From Trichlorobacter lovleyi SZ (lineage in GTDB: Bacteria > Desulfobacterota > Desulfuromonadia > Geobacterales > Pseudopelobacteraceae), in contig NC_010814.1 in the NCBI RefSeq assembly GCF_000020385.1, positions 3,748,553-3,772,552 of the forward strand: 24,000 nt of DNA, given 5' to 3'. The notes under the pieces were generated by a model that saw nothing but the letters and a program-made list of their open reading frames with translations, was not told the DNA's origin and ran no database searches. Of the stretch, positions 8,597-19,620 are shown in pieces. A program made the translations under genes and the position numbers. Each line of letters starts with the position of its first letter. Position 1 is the stretch's first letter.

Positions 8597-8875
8597 ATGA
8601 TCAGGGGCCATCTGGTCACGGTACTGGGACGTGAAATCCCGGTCCGTAGTGCTGCACCTGAGGAAAAGGTGCGTGAGGTCGAGGCCTTTGTCAATGAGCG
8701 GATTGAAGCGATCCGCTCCCGGCTGACCACAGCCGACCCGCAGCTGCTGGTGACCCTGGCATTGCTGAACCTGTCGGAATCATACCTGGAACTGCAGCAC
8801 CGGCAGGACGGCTCAGGCAGCACACTGGAGGCCAGACTTACCAGCATGCTTGATCAGTTGGATCACGTTTTGTAG
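8597..8875 (+). CDS. zapA: Cell division protein ZapA
   Basis: MIRGHLVTVLGREIPVRSAAPEEKVREVEAFVNERIEAIRSR...VTLALLNLSESYLELQ fits the ZapA fold. Confidence 0.85.
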   Translation: MIRGHLVTVLGREIPVRSAAPEEKVREVEAFVNERIEAIRSRLTTADPQLLVTLALLNLSESYLELQHRQDGSGSTLEARLTSMLDQLDHVL

Positions 8876-8989
8876 TCTAGTAAATAATTGATAAACTGCC
8901 ATCAACGACGCAGCTTTCTGCGGCATGGATGAATGGGCGTACAGGAACAGACAGTAATAATCAGCAGGTTACAACAGTGAAGCCAGGCC

Positions 8990-9180
8990 TGGACAGCGGC
9001 CTGAACTGGCATGAGCACCCGGTCTCTTCAGGGAGACTTGATATATACTACCAACGCATGAACCATCTGTATTAGTTCAGTTTTCGCATTTGTTGCGTAC
9101 TGATACCTGCACTGGCTTTATATATCCCCGGCATGAAAGGGGCATCCGGTAACAGCAGAACCGGCACTACCGGATTTTTC
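8990..9180 (+). ncRNA. Candidate structured RNA, possibly 6S RNA, in the zapA-fau gap; boundaries approximate
   Basis: The gap is about 370 bp between zapA and the 5-formyl-THF cyclo-ligase gene, the conserved neighbourhood of ssrS. It contains CAGGCC/GGCCTG and GTCTC/GAGAC hairpins and ends at a terminator-like hairpin. The consensus 6S bubble was not verified. Confidence 0.35.
9144..9179 (+). terminator. Rho-independent terminator-like hairpin
   Basis: ATCCGGTA (9144-9151) and TACCGGAT (9168-9175) are perfectly complementary, followed by TTTT. Confidence 0.55.
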
Positions 9181-9244
9181 TTCCATCCTCCCTGCAGCAG
9201 ACCAGACCCAGCTCCTGGGTAACATCCTGTTTGTACGCATTTTT

Positions 9245-9850
9245 ATGAGGGCTGGCATGCCCAAGAAATCATTACGCTCCGATCTGTTGGCCCACCGCCG
9301 GGCCATTGATCACGCCCTCTGGCAGGATGCGAGTACAGCGGCACAGTTACGCCTGATCAGCCTTGAGGCCTTTCAACGGGCAGCGTGCATCGCACTCTAT
9401 TCGCCGATCCAGCGGGAAATCGATACCGGGCTGCTTTTTTCCAAGGCACGTTCCAAGGGAAAGCGGGTGCTGTATCCCCTCGTCTGCGGCGCAACCCTGC
9501 AATTCAGGGAGGTTAACGCGCCAGAGCAATGCACTCCCGGTGCCTTTGGCATCCTCGAGCCATGCCGGCTGGGCGAGGACCACGCACTTGAAACGGCGGA
9601 CCTGATTGTAGTGCCGGGGGTTGCCTTTGACCTGCAGGGGCACCGTATCGGTTTTGGCAAAGGCTACTATGACCGTTGCCTGAGCCAGCTGCAAAGACAT
9701 GGCGTTCTTGTTGGATTATGCCATGATTTTCAGTTGTTGGAGCGAATACCGGCAGAGGGGCATGACATCAGGATGCAGCATATTATAACGGACAAACGCC
9801 TGATCAGTGTATCAGGAACCGAGGCAGGAACCGGCAGTACGCCGGATTAA
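9245..9850 (+). CDS. 5-formyltetrahydrofolate cyclo-ligase
   Basis: [39 protein letters not shown] and [10 protein letters not shown] are characteristic motifs. The start could be at either Met 9245 or Met 9257. Confidence 0.92.
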   Translation: MRAGMPKKSLRSDLLAHRRAIDHALWQDASTAAQLRLISLEAFQRAACIALYSPIQREIDTGLLFSKARSKGKRVLYPLVCGATLQFREVNAPEQCTPGAFGILEPCRLGEDHALETADLIVVPGVAFDLQGHRIGFGKGYYDRCLSQLQRHGVLVGLCHDFQLLERIPAEGHDIRMQHIITDKRLISVSGTEAGTGSTPD

Positions 9851-9869
9851 ATATACGGAAGGAGGCGGT

Positions 9870-11435
9870 ATGATAACCAGTATCGTCATGGCGTTGGTGA
9901 TCGTTGCGGTCGCCGGTGTAGCGTATGTCGCAGGCAACCGTTTTGGACGCAAAAGCACTGAGGGACTTGTAGCTCAGGCGGAAGAGTTGGCAGCACGCCT
10001 GCTTGAAGATGCCCGTCGTGAAGCAGACAACATCGCAAAAGAGGCTGAACTGAAGGCAAAGAACGCGGCCCTTGAAGCTAAAGAGGCTGCTGAAGGTGAA
10101 TTAAAAGAAAAAAAGCGTGAAATTCAGGTACAGGAAAAAAGGATACAGCAGAAGGAAGAGCATCTGGACAAAAAATCAGCTCTGGTCGACCAAAAAGAGA
10201 TGGACCTGCTGAAGAAAGAACAGTCCGTATCTACAAAAGAACAGGCATTAGCCGCAAAGGAAGATGAACTGACAAAGGCCGCTAGTGAGCAGCGTGCCCG
10301 ACTTGAGCAGATCTCCGGCATGTCCGCAGAAGAGGCAAAAAACACACTGATTGAAGCGATGGAGAGTGAGGCCAAGCATGACGCGGCCAAACGGATCAAA
10401 CTGATTGAGGAAGAAGCCAAGGAAACTGCTGACAAGAAGGCAAAGGAGATCATCGCAGCGGCGATTCAACGTTATGCCGGCGAGTATGTCTCTGAAAAAT
10501 GCGTCTCAGTGGTACCGCTGCCGTCTGATGAAATGAAAGGCCGGATTATCGGGCGTGAAGGCCGCAACATCCGTGCACTGGAGGCTGCCACCGGTATAGA
10601 CCTGATCATTGATGACACCCCTGAAGCGGTAATCCTGTCCGGCTTCAACCCGGTCCGCCGTGAGGTTGCCCGTCTGTCGCTGGAAAAACTGCTGGCCGAT
10701 GGCCGGATTCATCCGGGCCGGATCGAAGAGGTGGTTGCAAAATCTGAAGAAGAGGTTGAAAAGGCGATCAAGGAGGCTGGCGAACAGGCCGCCTTTGACC
10801 TGGGTGTACATGGCATCCATCCTGAGGTGCTCAAGCTGATCGGCCGCCTCAAATACCGCACCTCGTACACTCAGAACGTCTATCAACACTCCCTTGAAGT
10901 TGCCTTCCTGTGCGGTATCATGGCCGCCGAACTGGGGATCAACGTCAAGCAGGCCAAGCGGGCCGGCCTGCTGCATGACCTGGGCAAGGCGGTTGACCAT
11001 GAGGTTGAAGGTTCCCATGCCGTCATCGGCGCTGATCTGGCACGTAAATACGGGGAATCACCAAAGATTGTCCATGCCATTGCGGCTCACCATGAAGACG
11101 AAAAACCCTCCACGATCCTGGCGGTACTGGTACAGGCAGCCGATGCCCTCTCCGGGGCACGCCCGGGTGCACGGCGCGAGATGATGGAATCCTATGTCAA
11201 GCGGCTGGAAGACCTGGAGCGGATCGCCACCTCCTTTAACGGTGTCAGCGGTTCCTTTGCCATCCAGGCCGGTCGCGAGATCCGGGTCATGGTCTCCAGC
11301 GATCAGGTTTCCGACGAACAATCGGTACTGCTGGCACGGGATATTGCCAAAAAGATCGAGAGCGAGATGACCTACCCCGGCATGATCAAGGTCAATGTGA
11401 TTCGTGAAACGCGCGCCACAGAGTTTGCACGGTAA
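9870..11435 (+). CDS. rny: Ribonuclease Y
   Basis: N-terminal TM helix [22 protein letters not shown], a long coiled coil, the KH region [39 protein letters not shown], and HD domain motifs [28 protein letters not shown] lies upstream of 9870. Confidence 0.97.
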   Translation: MITSIVMALVIVAVAGVAYVAGNRFGRKSTEGLVAQAEELAARLLEDARREADNIAKEAELKAKNAALEAKEAAEGELKEKKREIQVQEKRIQQKEEHLDKKSALVDQKEMDLLKKEQSVSTKEQALAAKEDELTKAASEQRARLEQISGMSAEEAKNTLIEAMESEAKHDAAKRIKLIEEEAKETADKKAKEIIAAAIQRYAGEYVSEKCVSVVPLPSDEMKGRIIGREGRNIRALEAATGIDLIIDDTPEAVILSGFNPVRREVARLSLEKLLADGRIHPGRIEEVVAKSEEEVEKAIKEAGEQAAFDLGVHGIHPEVLKLIGRLKYRTSYTQNVYQHSLEVAFLCGIMAAELGINVKQAKRAGLLHDLGKAVDHEVEGSHAVIGADLARKYGESPKIVHAIAAHHEDEKPSTILAVLVQAADALSGARPGARREMMESYVKRLEDLERIATSFNGVSGSFAIQAGREIRVMVSSDQVSDEQSVLLARDIAKKIESEMTYPGMIKVNVIRETRATEFAR

Positions 11436-12221
11436 ATGTCAGTCCGCATCTTATTCATAGGCGACATCGTCGGCAGCCCGGGCCGGACCGCCATCAGCCG
11501 GGAACTGCACCGGCTGGTGGATCGTCATGCGGTTGATCTGGTGATTGCCAACGGCGAAAACGCTGCCGGTGGTTTCGGCATCACCCCGGACACGGCTGAC
11601 GAACTGTATCGTCAGGGGGTCCATCTGCTGACCAGCGGCAACCATATCTGGGATAAAAAAGACAACAGCGGGTTTCTGGATCGGGAAGAACGGATCATCC
11701 GTCCGCTCAACTACCCGCCCGGCACCCCGGGCCGCGGCTCCACCCTGCTCGAGACCCCGGGCGGTATCAAGGTCGGCGTGCTGAATCTGGAAGGCCGGGT
11801 CTACATGAAGAACCTGGACTGTCCTTTCCGTTGTGCCGATGCGGAGCTGGAACTTTTGAGAAAACAAACGTCCATCATTCTGTTGGATTTCCATGCCGAG
11901 ACCACCTCTGAGAAGGCCTCCCTGGGCTGGTACCTGGATGGCCGCGTCTCTGCGGTGGTGGGCACCCATACCCATGTCCAGACCGCTGATGAGCGGATCC
12001 TGCCGAACGGCACCGCCTACATCACCGACGTGGGGATGACCGGTTCCTTTGATTCGGTGATCGGCGTGGACAAAGGACAGGCGATCCAGCGTTTCCTGAC
12101 CCAGCAGTCAGTCAAGTTCGACATCCCCAAGAAGGATCTGCGGATTAATGCCGTGGTGATCGGGATAGACACCAAAACAGGCAAAGCCGTCAGCATTGAG
12201 CGAATCAATGCTGCCTGTTGA
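11436..12221 (+). CDS. YmdB-family metallophosphoesterase
   Basis: MSVRILFIGDIVGSPGR, VIANGENAAGGFGITP, TSGNHIWDKK and VVGTHTHVQTADERILPNGTAYITDVGMTG fit the YmdB family. It abuts rny. Confidence 0.93.
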   Translation: MSVRILFIGDIVGSPGRTAISRELHRLVDRHAVDLVIANGENAAGGFGITPDTADELYRQGVHLLTSGNHIWDKKDNSGFLDREERIIRPLNYPPGTPGRGSTLLETPGGIKVGVLNLEGRVYMKNLDCPFRCADAELELLRKQTSIILLDFHAETTSEKASLGWYLDGRVSAVVGTHTHVQTADERILPNGTAYITDVGMTGSFDSVIGVDKGQAIQRFLTQQSVKFDIPKKDLRINAVVIGIDTKTGKAVSIERINAAC

Positions 12222-12239
12222 AGATAGAAGGAGTTTGAA

Positions 12240-13445
12240 ATGAGTGGAACCGTTGCCGAACAGATTGCCGTGATCAAGCGCGGCTGTGTTGAACTGCTGA
12301 TCCAAAAGGAACTGGAAGACAAACTGGCCACCGGCCGCCCGCTGATCATCAAGGCCGGTTTTGACCCCACCGCACCCGACCTGCACCTGGGGCATACGGT
12401 ACTGATTCAGAAGCTGCGTCAGTTTCAGCAGTTAGGCCATGATGTCCACTTCCTGATCGGCGACTTCACCGGTATGATCGGCGACCCCACCGGCAAATCC
12501 GAGACCCGCAAGGTCCTGACCCGCGAAGATGTCCTGCGCAATGCCGAGACCTACAAAGAGCAGGTCTTCAAGATCCTTGACCCGGAAAAGACCAAGGTGG
12601 TCTTCAACTCCTCCTGGCTGAACGAACTGGGCTGCGGCGGCATGATCGGCCTGGCCTCAAAATACACCGTGGCCCGCATGCTGGAACGGGATGACTTCCA
12701 CAAGCGCTACAGCACCCAACAGCCGATTGCGATCCACGAATTCCTGTACCCGTTGATTCAGGGCTATGACTCGGTGGCCATGAAGGCCGATGTGGAGCTG
12801 GGCGGCACCGATCAGAAGTTCAACCTGCTGATGGGGCGTGAGCTGCAGCGGGAGTGGGGTCAGACACCCCAGTGCGTCTTGACCATGCCGCTGCTGGAAG
12901 GTCTGGACGGCGTCAATAAGATGTCAAAATCGCTGGGCAACTACATCGGCATCAGTGAGGCGCCGGACGAGATCTTCGGCAAGGTGATGTCGATCTCTGA
13001 CGAGCTGATGCTGCGTTACTACGAACTGCTTTCAGACAAGAGCCTTGCCGAGATCGAGCAGTTGAAGAGCGGCCTGGCAGATGGCTCACTACACCCGATG
13101 GCAGCCAAGAAGGCGTTGGGACGCGAGATTGTGACCCGTTTCCACGGTGCCGGTGCCGGTGATACAGCGGAAGAGAACTTTGTGAAGCGGTTCAAGGAAA
13201 ACGAGATTCCGGACGAGATGCCCCAGGTCAGCTATGGCACGGCTGATTGCCCGCTGCTGCTGGCAAAGGCGCTGACCGAGGCCGGCCTGACCAAGTCCAA
13301 TGGTGAGGCCCGCCGCTCCATTGATCAGGGCGGGGTCAAGCTGAACGGCGAGAAGGTCAGCAACACCAACCTGGAGCTGACAGCGGCTGGTGAGTACATC
13401 GTCCAGATCGGCAAACGCCGCTTTGTCAGGATCGTGATCGCCTGA
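12240..13445 (+). CDS. tyrS: Tyrosyl-tRNA synthetase
   Basis: [20 protein letters not shown] is the HIGH-type motif and KMSKSLGN is the KMSKS motif. A C-terminal S4 domain is present. Confidence 0.97.
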   Translation: MSGTVAEQIAVIKRGCVELLIQKELEDKLATGRPLIIKAGFDPTAPDLHLGHTVLIQKLRQFQQLGHDVHFLIGDFTGMIGDPTGKSETRKVLTREDVLRNAETYKEQVFKILDPEKTKVVFNSSWLNELGCGGMIGLASKYTVARMLERDDFHKRYSTQQPIAIHEFLYPLIQGYDSVAMKADVELGGTDQKFNLLMGRELQREWGQTPQCVLTMPLLEGLDGVNKMSKSLGNYIGISEAPDEIFGKVMSISDELMLRYYELLSDKSLAEIEQLKSGLADGSLHPMAAKKALGREIVTRFHGAGAGDTAEENFVKRFKENEIPDEMPQVSYGTADCPLLLAKALTEAGLTKSNGEARRSIDQGGVKLNGEKVSNTNLELTAAGEYIVQIGKRRFVRIVIA

Positions 13446-13470
13446 AACAGTGCTGCCGGATAACGCATAA

Positions 13471-13500
13471 AACCCCGTAAGAAGTTGTTCTTACGGGGTT
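13471..13500. terminator. Bidirectional terminator between convergent tyrS and the collagen-like gene
   Basis: AACCCCGTAAGAA-GTTG-TTCTTACGGGGTT is a perfect 13-bp stem with a 4-nt loop and T-rich flank. Confidence 0.92.
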
Positions 13501-13515
13501 TTCTTTCAGAGCTGA

Positions 13516-14526
13516 TCAGTAATTCACCGTTGCCATGATGCTCATCTTTAGATAGTTTGCACCCTGGGTCGGCGGGTCTGCCGAGCCGTAATAGGTGTCA
13601 CCTGTAGCCGACAATGTCGTTGTTGTCCCGGAATAGTAAAACCCGATGTATTCTCCGGCATTGATGAAGACCGAAGGAAATGTGACCGTCACCAATCCGG
13701 TTGAAGTAATTGCGACATCGGAGCTTGAACGCAGTGTTTTATGGGTACTGTCCTTGATCAGCAGCCTGAAGGTACCGGTTGAATTCACACGAATATCAAC
13801 CGATGAGATGGTACCTGCATGGGGGGCCATATACCCGGTAAAATAGTACATATTCGAATTGAAACCCGAAGTGCCGCTGGTCTGGCCCAGAAGATCCTGC
13901 TGGACAATGGCAACGGTGTTCCAGGCCGTACCGTTGTAGAAGTTGAGCATTTTATCCGTGGTGTTATAGATCATCAGCCCGGCCGGCGGCGAAGCGATGG
14001 CATTACGCTGCGCCGTGGTCAGCCGTGGCGGCAGGAAACCTTTACTGGTGGAAGTGACATCCAGCGCGGCAGCCGTGGCAGGCGAACTTACTCCGATCCC
14101 GAGCGAGCCGTTTGTATAGACCGCATTAGCACCGTTCAAGGTAAAGGGACTGGCACCGGTATCACCCTTAAGCCCCTGAACACCTTGAGGGCCTTGGACC
14201 CCCTGAGCCCCGGTTGCACCGGTATCACCCTTGGGGCCCTGTGGTCCCACCAACGCCACCCCCGCCCCCCAGCTCCCGGTGTAGGGGCCGTAGAGCAGAT
14301 TGTTGGCAGTATCGATATAAAAGTCACCGGGATTGGCAACCACATTGTTCACAACCGGTGAGCCGCTGCCGTTCAGGACACTCTTGCCGTCCTTGGGAGC
14401 CCTGGTAATGAAACTGCCGTCAGGAAAGTACAACGCATCATTTGAAATCATGAAGGCACCCTCTGCAGCCAATAAAGCAGATGGCAGGACAGACAGCACC
14501 AGCGCAACAACAAGTCGCTTTAGCAT
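13516..14526 (-). CDS. Secreted protein with short collagen-like GXY tract and tail-fibre-like repeat
   Basis: Signal peptide MLKRLVVALVLSVLPSALLAAEG, collagen-like GPQGPKGDTGATGAQGVQGPQGVQGLKGDTGA, and ALDVTSTSKGFLPPRLTTAQRNAIASPPAGLMIYNTTDKMLNFYNGTAW, a motif of tail-fibre-like surface proteins. Confidence 0.8.
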   Translation of the reverse strand: MLKRLVVALVLSVLPSALLAAEGAFMISNDALYFPDGSFITRAPKDGKSVLNGSGSPVVNNVVANPGDFYIDTANNLLYGPYTGSWGAGVALVGPQGPKGDTGATGAQGVQGPQGVQGLKGDTGASPFTLNGANAVYTNGSLGIGVSSPATAAALDVTSTSKGFLPPRLTTAQRNAIASPPAGLMIYNTTDKMLNFYNGTAWNTVAIVQQDLLGQTSGTSGFNSNMYYFTGYMAPHAGTISSVDIRVNSTGTFRLLIKDSTHKTLRSSSDVAITSTGLVTVTFPSVFINAGEYIGFYYSGTTTTLSATGDTYYGSADPPTQGANYLKMSIMATVNY

Positions 14527-14723
14527 ACAAACACCCCTAAGATTGATTACAGTACACGGTGATCCGGCCTCAGCCTGCCGGTTACAACAGCTTTGGATAT
14601 AAAGTCGTATAGTACCACAAGTTACCTGTCTGTCCAGACTTGCCATTTTGCTCGAAAATATGAGCGCCCTTTGGTAGGGTGTGGTGAAGGTACCGGCACA
14701 TTTCAAGATTCCCGAGGTATCGA

Positions 14724-15920
14724 ATGGAACAACGGATAGTAGGGGCTGACACGGTCAGGATGCTGGAACTGGGGCACCCCTGGATCATTGCGGATACTTT
14801 CACCAGGCGCTGGCCCAAGGCAAAGGCCGGCGATCTGGTAGAGCTGACTGATGAGCGGGGCAGACCACTGGCCATTGCCCTGCTGGACCCGGCTGACCGG
14901 ATCGTGGCACGGGTGCTTGCCCATCATTCGATGCAGCTGGATCGCGGCTGGATCAAAAAGCGGCTGCAGGCCGCCATCACCCTGCGGGAACGGTATGCCG
15001 ATCTGGACGACACCAGCGCCTACCGCCTGGTGAACGCCGAGGGCGACGGCCTGCCCGGCCTGACCGTGGACCGTTATGCAGACTACCTGATGATCCAGCT
15101 CTACTGCGAAGGCTGGCGACCCCACCTGAAACTGGTGACCAGCGTCCTGCAGGAACTGTTGCAACCACTCGGGATCTATGAGAAGGCACGCCCCCAGAAC
15201 ACCCGTGAACTGGAGGCGGTCAGTGACAGCAAGAAGTACGGCAGATTGTTGACAGGCAGCGCAGCACCGCAACGGCTGGAGGTGCAGGAAAATGGTCTCA
15301 GCTTTCTGGTTGCTTTGGAAGAAGGGCTCAACACCGGACTGTTTCTGGACCAGCGGGAGAACCGCCGCAGTCTGATGCCGCGCATGGCCGGCAAGCGCTT
15401 CCTGAACCTGTTTGCCTACACCGGCGCCTTTTCCGTGGCAGCTGCGGCAAGCGGCGCAAGCCAGGTCACCTCGGTGGATGTCTCACCCGGCTATACCGAC
15501 TGGAACCGGGCCAACTTCAGCGCCAACCGCCTGAATCCCAAGAAGCACCGCTTTCTGGTGGGAGACTGTATGACCAGACTTGCGGAGCTGGCTACCGCCA
15601 ACGAGAAGTTTGACATCATCCTAATGGACCCCCCCTCTTTTTCCACCACCACCAAAGGACGTTTCACCACCCGTGGCGGCACCAGCGACCTGGTGGCGGC
15701 CTGTCTGCCGCTGCTGGTTGATGGCGGCCTGCTGATCTGCTCCTCCAATCACCAGAAGACCGATCTGGCCGACTACCTGAAGGAGCTGCGCCGGGGTGCC
15801 CTGCAGGCCGGTGCAGAGCTGTGGGTGATTGAACAAAAGGGGCAGCCGGTTGACTTCCCCTATCCGGTTACCCTGCCAGAGGGACGCTATCTCAAATATC
15901 TGGCCTGTGTGAAAGGATAA
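14724..15920 (+). CDS. Class I rRNA methyltransferase, RlmI-like with PUA domain
   Basis: N-terminal PUA-like HPWIIADTF...AKAGDLVELTDERG, SAM motif FLNLFAYTGAFSVAAAASGASQVTSVDVS, and catalytic DIILMDPPSFS. Confidence 0.88.
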   Translation: MEQRIVGADTVRMLELGHPWIIADTFTRRWPKAKAGDLVELTDERGRPLAIALLDPADRIVARVLAHHSMQLDRGWIKKRLQAAITLRERYADLDDTSAYRLVNAEGDGLPGLTVDRYADYLMIQLYCEGWRPHLKLVTSVLQELLQPLGIYEKARPQNTRELEAVSDSKKYGRLLTGSAAPQRLEVQENGLSFLVALEEGLNTGLFLDQRENRRSLMPRMAGKRFLNLFAYTGAFSVAAAASGASQVTSVDVSPGYTDWNRANFSANRLNPKKHRFLVGDCMTRLAELATANEKFDIILMDPPSFSTTTKGRFTTRGGTSDLVAACLPLLVDGGLLICSSNHQKTDLADYLKELRRGALQAGAELWVIEQKGQPVDFPYPVTLPEGRYLKYLACVKG

Positions 15921-15923
15921 GCG

Positions 15924-17639
15924 TTGACTGAAAAACAGGACAATATGACCATCCCCCCCAGCCCTGAAGCCTGGCTGCGCCAGCAGGCCCGCACGGTCAA
16001 AGGCAGCATGCTGGCGGCCATCCTGGCGGCCTTTGGCGGTGGTCTGCTGATCATCCTGCAGGCACGCCTGTTGGCCCTGGTCTGCCAGCGGGTGGTGATT
16101 GAGGGGATCGGGCTGGCACCGCTGCTGCCGTTACTGGCCTGGGTGGGGGCGGTGGCCCTGTTGCGTGGCCTGGCCGCCTACCTGAGCGAACATGCGGCCA
16201 TCAAGGCAGCAGCCCAGGTCAGGCAACAGGTCCGCACCGCCCTGTACCAGCGCTTGTTGCTGCTGCGCCCGACCGGCCTGTCCGGAGAGGTAGGGCCGTT
16301 GACCGAGGCGGTCACTGCCGGGATCGAGGGGCTTGAGGCCTACATTGCCCGCTTCCTGCCCCAGATGGTGTTGGCCGGACTGCTGCCGCTGGCAGTGCTG
16401 CTGGTGGTGCTGCCATCAGAGTGGCGCTCGTCACTGGTGCTGATCTTCTCCGCACCGTTTATCCCGCTCTTGATGGTCCTGATCGGCAAGGGGACCGAGA
16501 CCCTCAACCGCCGCCAGTTCAGCCGGCTTTCCCGCATGGCAGGCCATCTGCTGGACCTGGTGCAGGGGCTGCCGGACCTGAAGATCTTTGGCGCCGCCAA
16601 ACGGGAGGCCGAGCTGGTGGCGCTGGTTTCTGACCAGTACCGCACCGGCACCATGGCCGTGCTACGGGTGGCCTTTCTGTCCGCCTTTACCCTGGAGTTT
16701 TTCTCAACCGTGGGCACGGCGGTGGTGGCAGTCATCATCGGCTTCCGCCTGCTGGCCGGAAACCTGTCGCTGCTGGACGGCCTGTTTGTGCTGCTGCTGG
16801 CCCCGGAGTACTACCTGCCGCTGCGCAATCTGGGGCTGGCCTACCACAGCCGGATGAACGGCATGGCCGCTGCCGAGCGGATCATACCGCTGTTGCAACA
16901 ACCGCTGCCGGATGCTGCAGGCGGCCAGTTGGTTGTACCGTTCAGGGCACCGGAAATCAGCTGTGATTCCGTCAGTTTTCGTTACGGCGGCCAGCGGGGC
17001 GGCGTGCAGGAGGTCTCGCTGACCATCCCTGCCAACAGCATAACCGCCCTGGCCGGTGCCAGCGGCAGCGGCAAATCAACCCTGGCACGTCTGTTGCTGG
17101 GGCTGGCCCGGCCGGAGTCCGGCCAGATCCTGGTAAACAGCGTTGACCTGGCACAACTGGATCAGGCTGCCTGGCGGTCGCAACTGGCCTGGGTGCCGCA
17201 GCAGCCGTTCTTCTTCAGCGCCACGATCCGGGAGAACCTGCTGCTGGGCAGACCCAATGCTGATCAGCAGGCAATCCAGCAGGCCCTTGCGGCAGCAGCT
17301 TTAACAGACGTGATCAAGGCACTGCCGGAAGGGCTGGCTACCCGGCTGGGTGATCGCGGGGCTGGGCTGTCCGGCGGCGAACTGCGACGACTGGCCCTGG
17401 CACGGGTCTTTCTGCGGGATGCCGGGCTGGTGGTGCTGGATGAGCCCACTGCCGGGCTGGATACTGAGAACGAACAGCTGGTGCTGAATGCCGTTGAACA
17501 GCTGGCAGCTGGCCGGACCGTGCTGATCATCAGCCACCGTGAGGCCACCATCAGCCGCTGCCAACAGATTGTAGTGCTGGCCGCAGGCAGGCTGGAGCAG
17601 GTCACCACCTCTCAGGAGTATCTGGAGGTGACCCCGTGA
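15924..17639 (+). CDS. cydD: Heterodimeric ABC exporter subunit CydD
   Basis: Fused TM and ATPase protein with [49 protein letters not shown], and the CydD-like N-terminus RLLALVCQRVVIEG. TTG start. Confidence 0.88.
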   Translation: MTEKQDNMTIPPSPEAWLRQQARTVKGSMLAAILAAFGGGLLIILQARLLALVCQRVVIEGIGLAPLLPLLAWVGAVALLRGLAAYLSEHAAIKAAAQVRQQVRTALYQRLLLLRPTGLSGEVGPLTEAVTAGIEGLEAYIARFLPQMVLAGLLPLAVLLVVLPSEWRSSLVLIFSAPFIPLLMVLIGKGTETLNRRQFSRLSRMAGHLLDLVQGLPDLKIFGAAKREAELVALVSDQYRTGTMAVLRVAFLSAFTLEFFSTVGTAVVAVIIGFRLLAGNLSLLDGLFVLLLAPEYYLPLRNLGLAYHSRMNGMAAAERIIPLLQQPLPDAAGGQLVVPFRAPEISCDSVSFRYGGQRGGVQEVSLTIPANSITALAGASGSGKSTLARLLLGLARPESGQILVNSVDLAQLDQAAWRSQLAWVPQQPFFFSATIRENLLLGRPNADQQAIQQALAAAALTDVIKALPEGLATRLGDRGAGLSGGELRRLALARVFLRDAGLVVLDEPTAGLDTENEQLVLNAVEQLAAGRTVLIISHREATISRCQQIVVLAAGRLEQVTTSQEYLEVTP

Positions 17640-19288
17640 AAGAACTACTGCGGATGCTGAAACCTGCCAGACACCACTGGCGCTGGATGGCTGGCGATAT
17701 CGGGCTGGGGGTGGCGGTCATCGCTGCCAATGCGGCCCTGATGGCGATCTCCGGCTGGTTCATCGCCTCCATGGCCGTGGCCGGGGTTGCTCAAGCCTCC
17801 TTTAACTACTTCTTTGCCTCTGCCTCCATCCGCGCCCTGGCTATTCTGCGGGCTTTGGGCCGCTATGGCGAGCGGCTGGTAAGCCATGAGGCGGCTTTTC
17901 ATATTCTGGCTGAATTGCGGGTCTGGCTGTTCCGGCGCCTGATTCCCCTGGCACCGGCCGGGCTTGAAAGCTACGCCGGCGGCGATCTGGCTGGCAGGCT
18001 GCGGGCTGATGTGGACAGCCTGGAAAACCTCTACCTGCGGATTATTGCACCCCTTGCCACCGGTGGCTTTACGGTCCTGTTGGCAGGGCTGTTTGTGCTG
18101 GTCTGGAGCGGATCAGCAGCTCTGGTACTGGTGGGGTTATTACTGCTGGCCGGCCTGCTGCTGCCGCTGCTGGCACGTCATCTGGCTGCACAGCCGGGCA
18201 AACGTTCAGCAGAACTGGCCGGGGCACTGCGCACCACAGTAACCGAAGGACTGCAGGGCGCAGAAGAACTGCTGCTCTTGGGGGCAACCGATAAGCAGGC
18301 CCAAGCTGTTGAGGCGCTCTCCAGCGGTCTGGTACAGCAACAGGTCCGCTTGGGACAGATCAGCAGCCTGACCCTGGCCGGTGTCACCACCTGCGGTGCC
18401 CTGGCCATGGCCGGTCTGGCCCTGGTCTGCATCCCGCTGGTACAGTCCGGTCAATTGGCAGGCCCCAATCTGGTGATGCTGCTGCTGTTCAGCGCAGCCT
18501 CCTTTGAGGCGGTCGGCCCCCTGGCTCACTCGCTGCAACTAATCCCTGCCACCAGTGAAGCGATCCGCCGGATTCGTGAACTGGCTGATGCACCGATACC
18601 GCTGCCGGAACCGCTGCAGCCGCAGCTACCGGAGTCATGCAGGATCGTACTGGATCAGGTCAGCTGTAGCTATGGTGAAGGCCAGGCAGTACTGAAGCAG
18701 TTCTCGCTGGTCATCAACCCAGGTGAACAGGTGGCGGTGGTGGGCCCCAGCGGCAGCGGCAAGTCCACCCTGATTGAGCTGTTACTCCGCTTCCGCCCCT
18801 ATCAGGGCAGCATCAGCATTGGTGGTTGCGAGCTGCGTGACATATCACCAGACCAGCTTTCCCGACTGGTTGCCGCAGTACCGCAGCAACCGCACCTGTT
18901 TAACAGCACAATCCGGGAAAACATCCTGCTGGGACGCGAGATAATAGATGAACAACTGAGTGCTGTTCTGGCTGACAGTGGCCTTAAGCAGTGGATTGCG
19001 GGTTTGCCGCAGGGACTGGACACCCCGGTGGGTGAGACCGGCAGCGCCGTGTCTGGTGGCGAGGCACGGCGGATCGCCCTGGCCCGTGCCCTGGTCAGCA
19101 ATGCGCCGATTCTGCTGCTGGATGAGCCGACCGAAGGGCTGGATGGCGCTATTGAGCAGTCTGTGGTACAACATCTGAAAGATCGCTTGCAGGGCACGAC
19201 TGTGCTGGTGGTGACCCACCGACCGGCCTGTCTGCAGATGGCTGAACGTATTGTCAAGATTGGAGCAACAAAAGGAGCTGCCACATGA
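17636..19288 (+). CDS. cydC: Heterodimeric ABC exporter subunit CydC
   Basis: [61 protein letters not shown] and [32 protein letters not shown] are present. It overlaps the cydD end by 4 nt. Confidence 0.88.
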   Translation: MKELLRMLKPARHHWRWMAGDIGLGVAVIAANAALMAISGWFIASMAVAGVAQASFNYFFASASIRALAILRALGRYGERLVSHEAAFHILAELRVWLFRRLIPLAPAGLESYAGGDLAGRLRADVDSLENLYLRIIAPLATGGFTVLLAGLFVLVWSGSAALVLVGLLLLAGLLLPLLARHLAAQPGKRSAELAGALRTTVTEGLQGAEELLLLGATDKQAQAVEALSSGLVQQQVRLGQISSLTLAGVTTCGALAMAGLALVCIPLVQSGQLAGPNLVMLLLFSAASFEAVGPLAHSLQLIPATSEAIRRIRELADAPIPLPEPLQPQLPESCRIVLDQVSCSYGEGQAVLKQFSLVINPGEQVAVVGPSGSGKSTLIELLLRFRPYQGSISIGGCELRDISPDQLSRLVAAVPQQPHLFNSTIRENILLGREIIDEQLSAVLADSGLKQWIAGLPQGLDTPVGETGSAVSGGEARRIALARALVSNAPILLLDEPTEGLDGAIEQSVVQHLKDRLQGTTVLVVTHRPACLQMAERIVKIGATKGAAT

Positions 19289-19620
19289 GTCTTGCCATCA
19301 ACTGGGTTATTTCCGGCATTGCCATTGTGATTACCGCTTACCTGCTGCCGGGCATACATCTGTCCGGCTTCAAGGCCGCCCTGCTGACAGCACTGGCACT
19401 GGGTCTGATCAATGCCTTTATCAAGCCGGTCCTTTCTTTGCTGACCCTGCCGTTGACGGTCATGACCCTGGGACTGTTCAGTCTGGTGCTGAATGCCCTG
19501 CTGATCATGCTGACCGCCAAGCTGGTGCCCGGTTTTCAGGTGCAGGGCTTTCTCTGGGCAGTGGCGTTCAGTGTTGTGCTGACCATCACCAACTGGATCT
19601 TGAGCATCTTCAAACAATGA
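19285..19620 (+). CDS. Four-TM YvlD-type membrane protein (phage holin family IV annotation)
   Basis: [74 protein letters not shown] fits YvlD/holin-4 proteins. Confidence 0.85.
   Translation: MSLAINWVISGIAIVITAYLLPGIHLSGFKAALLTALALGLINAFIKPVLSLLTLPLTVMTLGLFSLVLNALLIMLTAKLVPGFQVQGFLWAVAFSVVLTITNWILSIFKQ

Noticed and set aside
12222-12239. Possible T-box or other attenuator before tyrS
   Set aside because: Only 18 bp separate the ymdB-like gene and tyrS, too little for such a leader.
14187-14250. Short repetitive DNA within the collagen-like gene considered as a repeat element or CRISPR-like array
   Set aside because: It is explained by in-frame Gly-X-Y codons and has no spacer-repeat organisation.
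17264-17608. Minus-strand ORFs within cydD and cydC
   Set aside because: They are shadow ORFs opposite well-supported ABC exporter genes.
19251-19616. N-terminal part of the 229-aa ORF containing the GGQ domain
   Set aside because: It is an out-of-frame read through the YvlD-like gene. The real gene starts at ATG 19617.
19285-19620. Phage holin implying a prophage remnant
   Set aside because: The so-called holin-4 family is largely made of chromosomal YvlD-like membrane proteins, and no phage genes are nearby.
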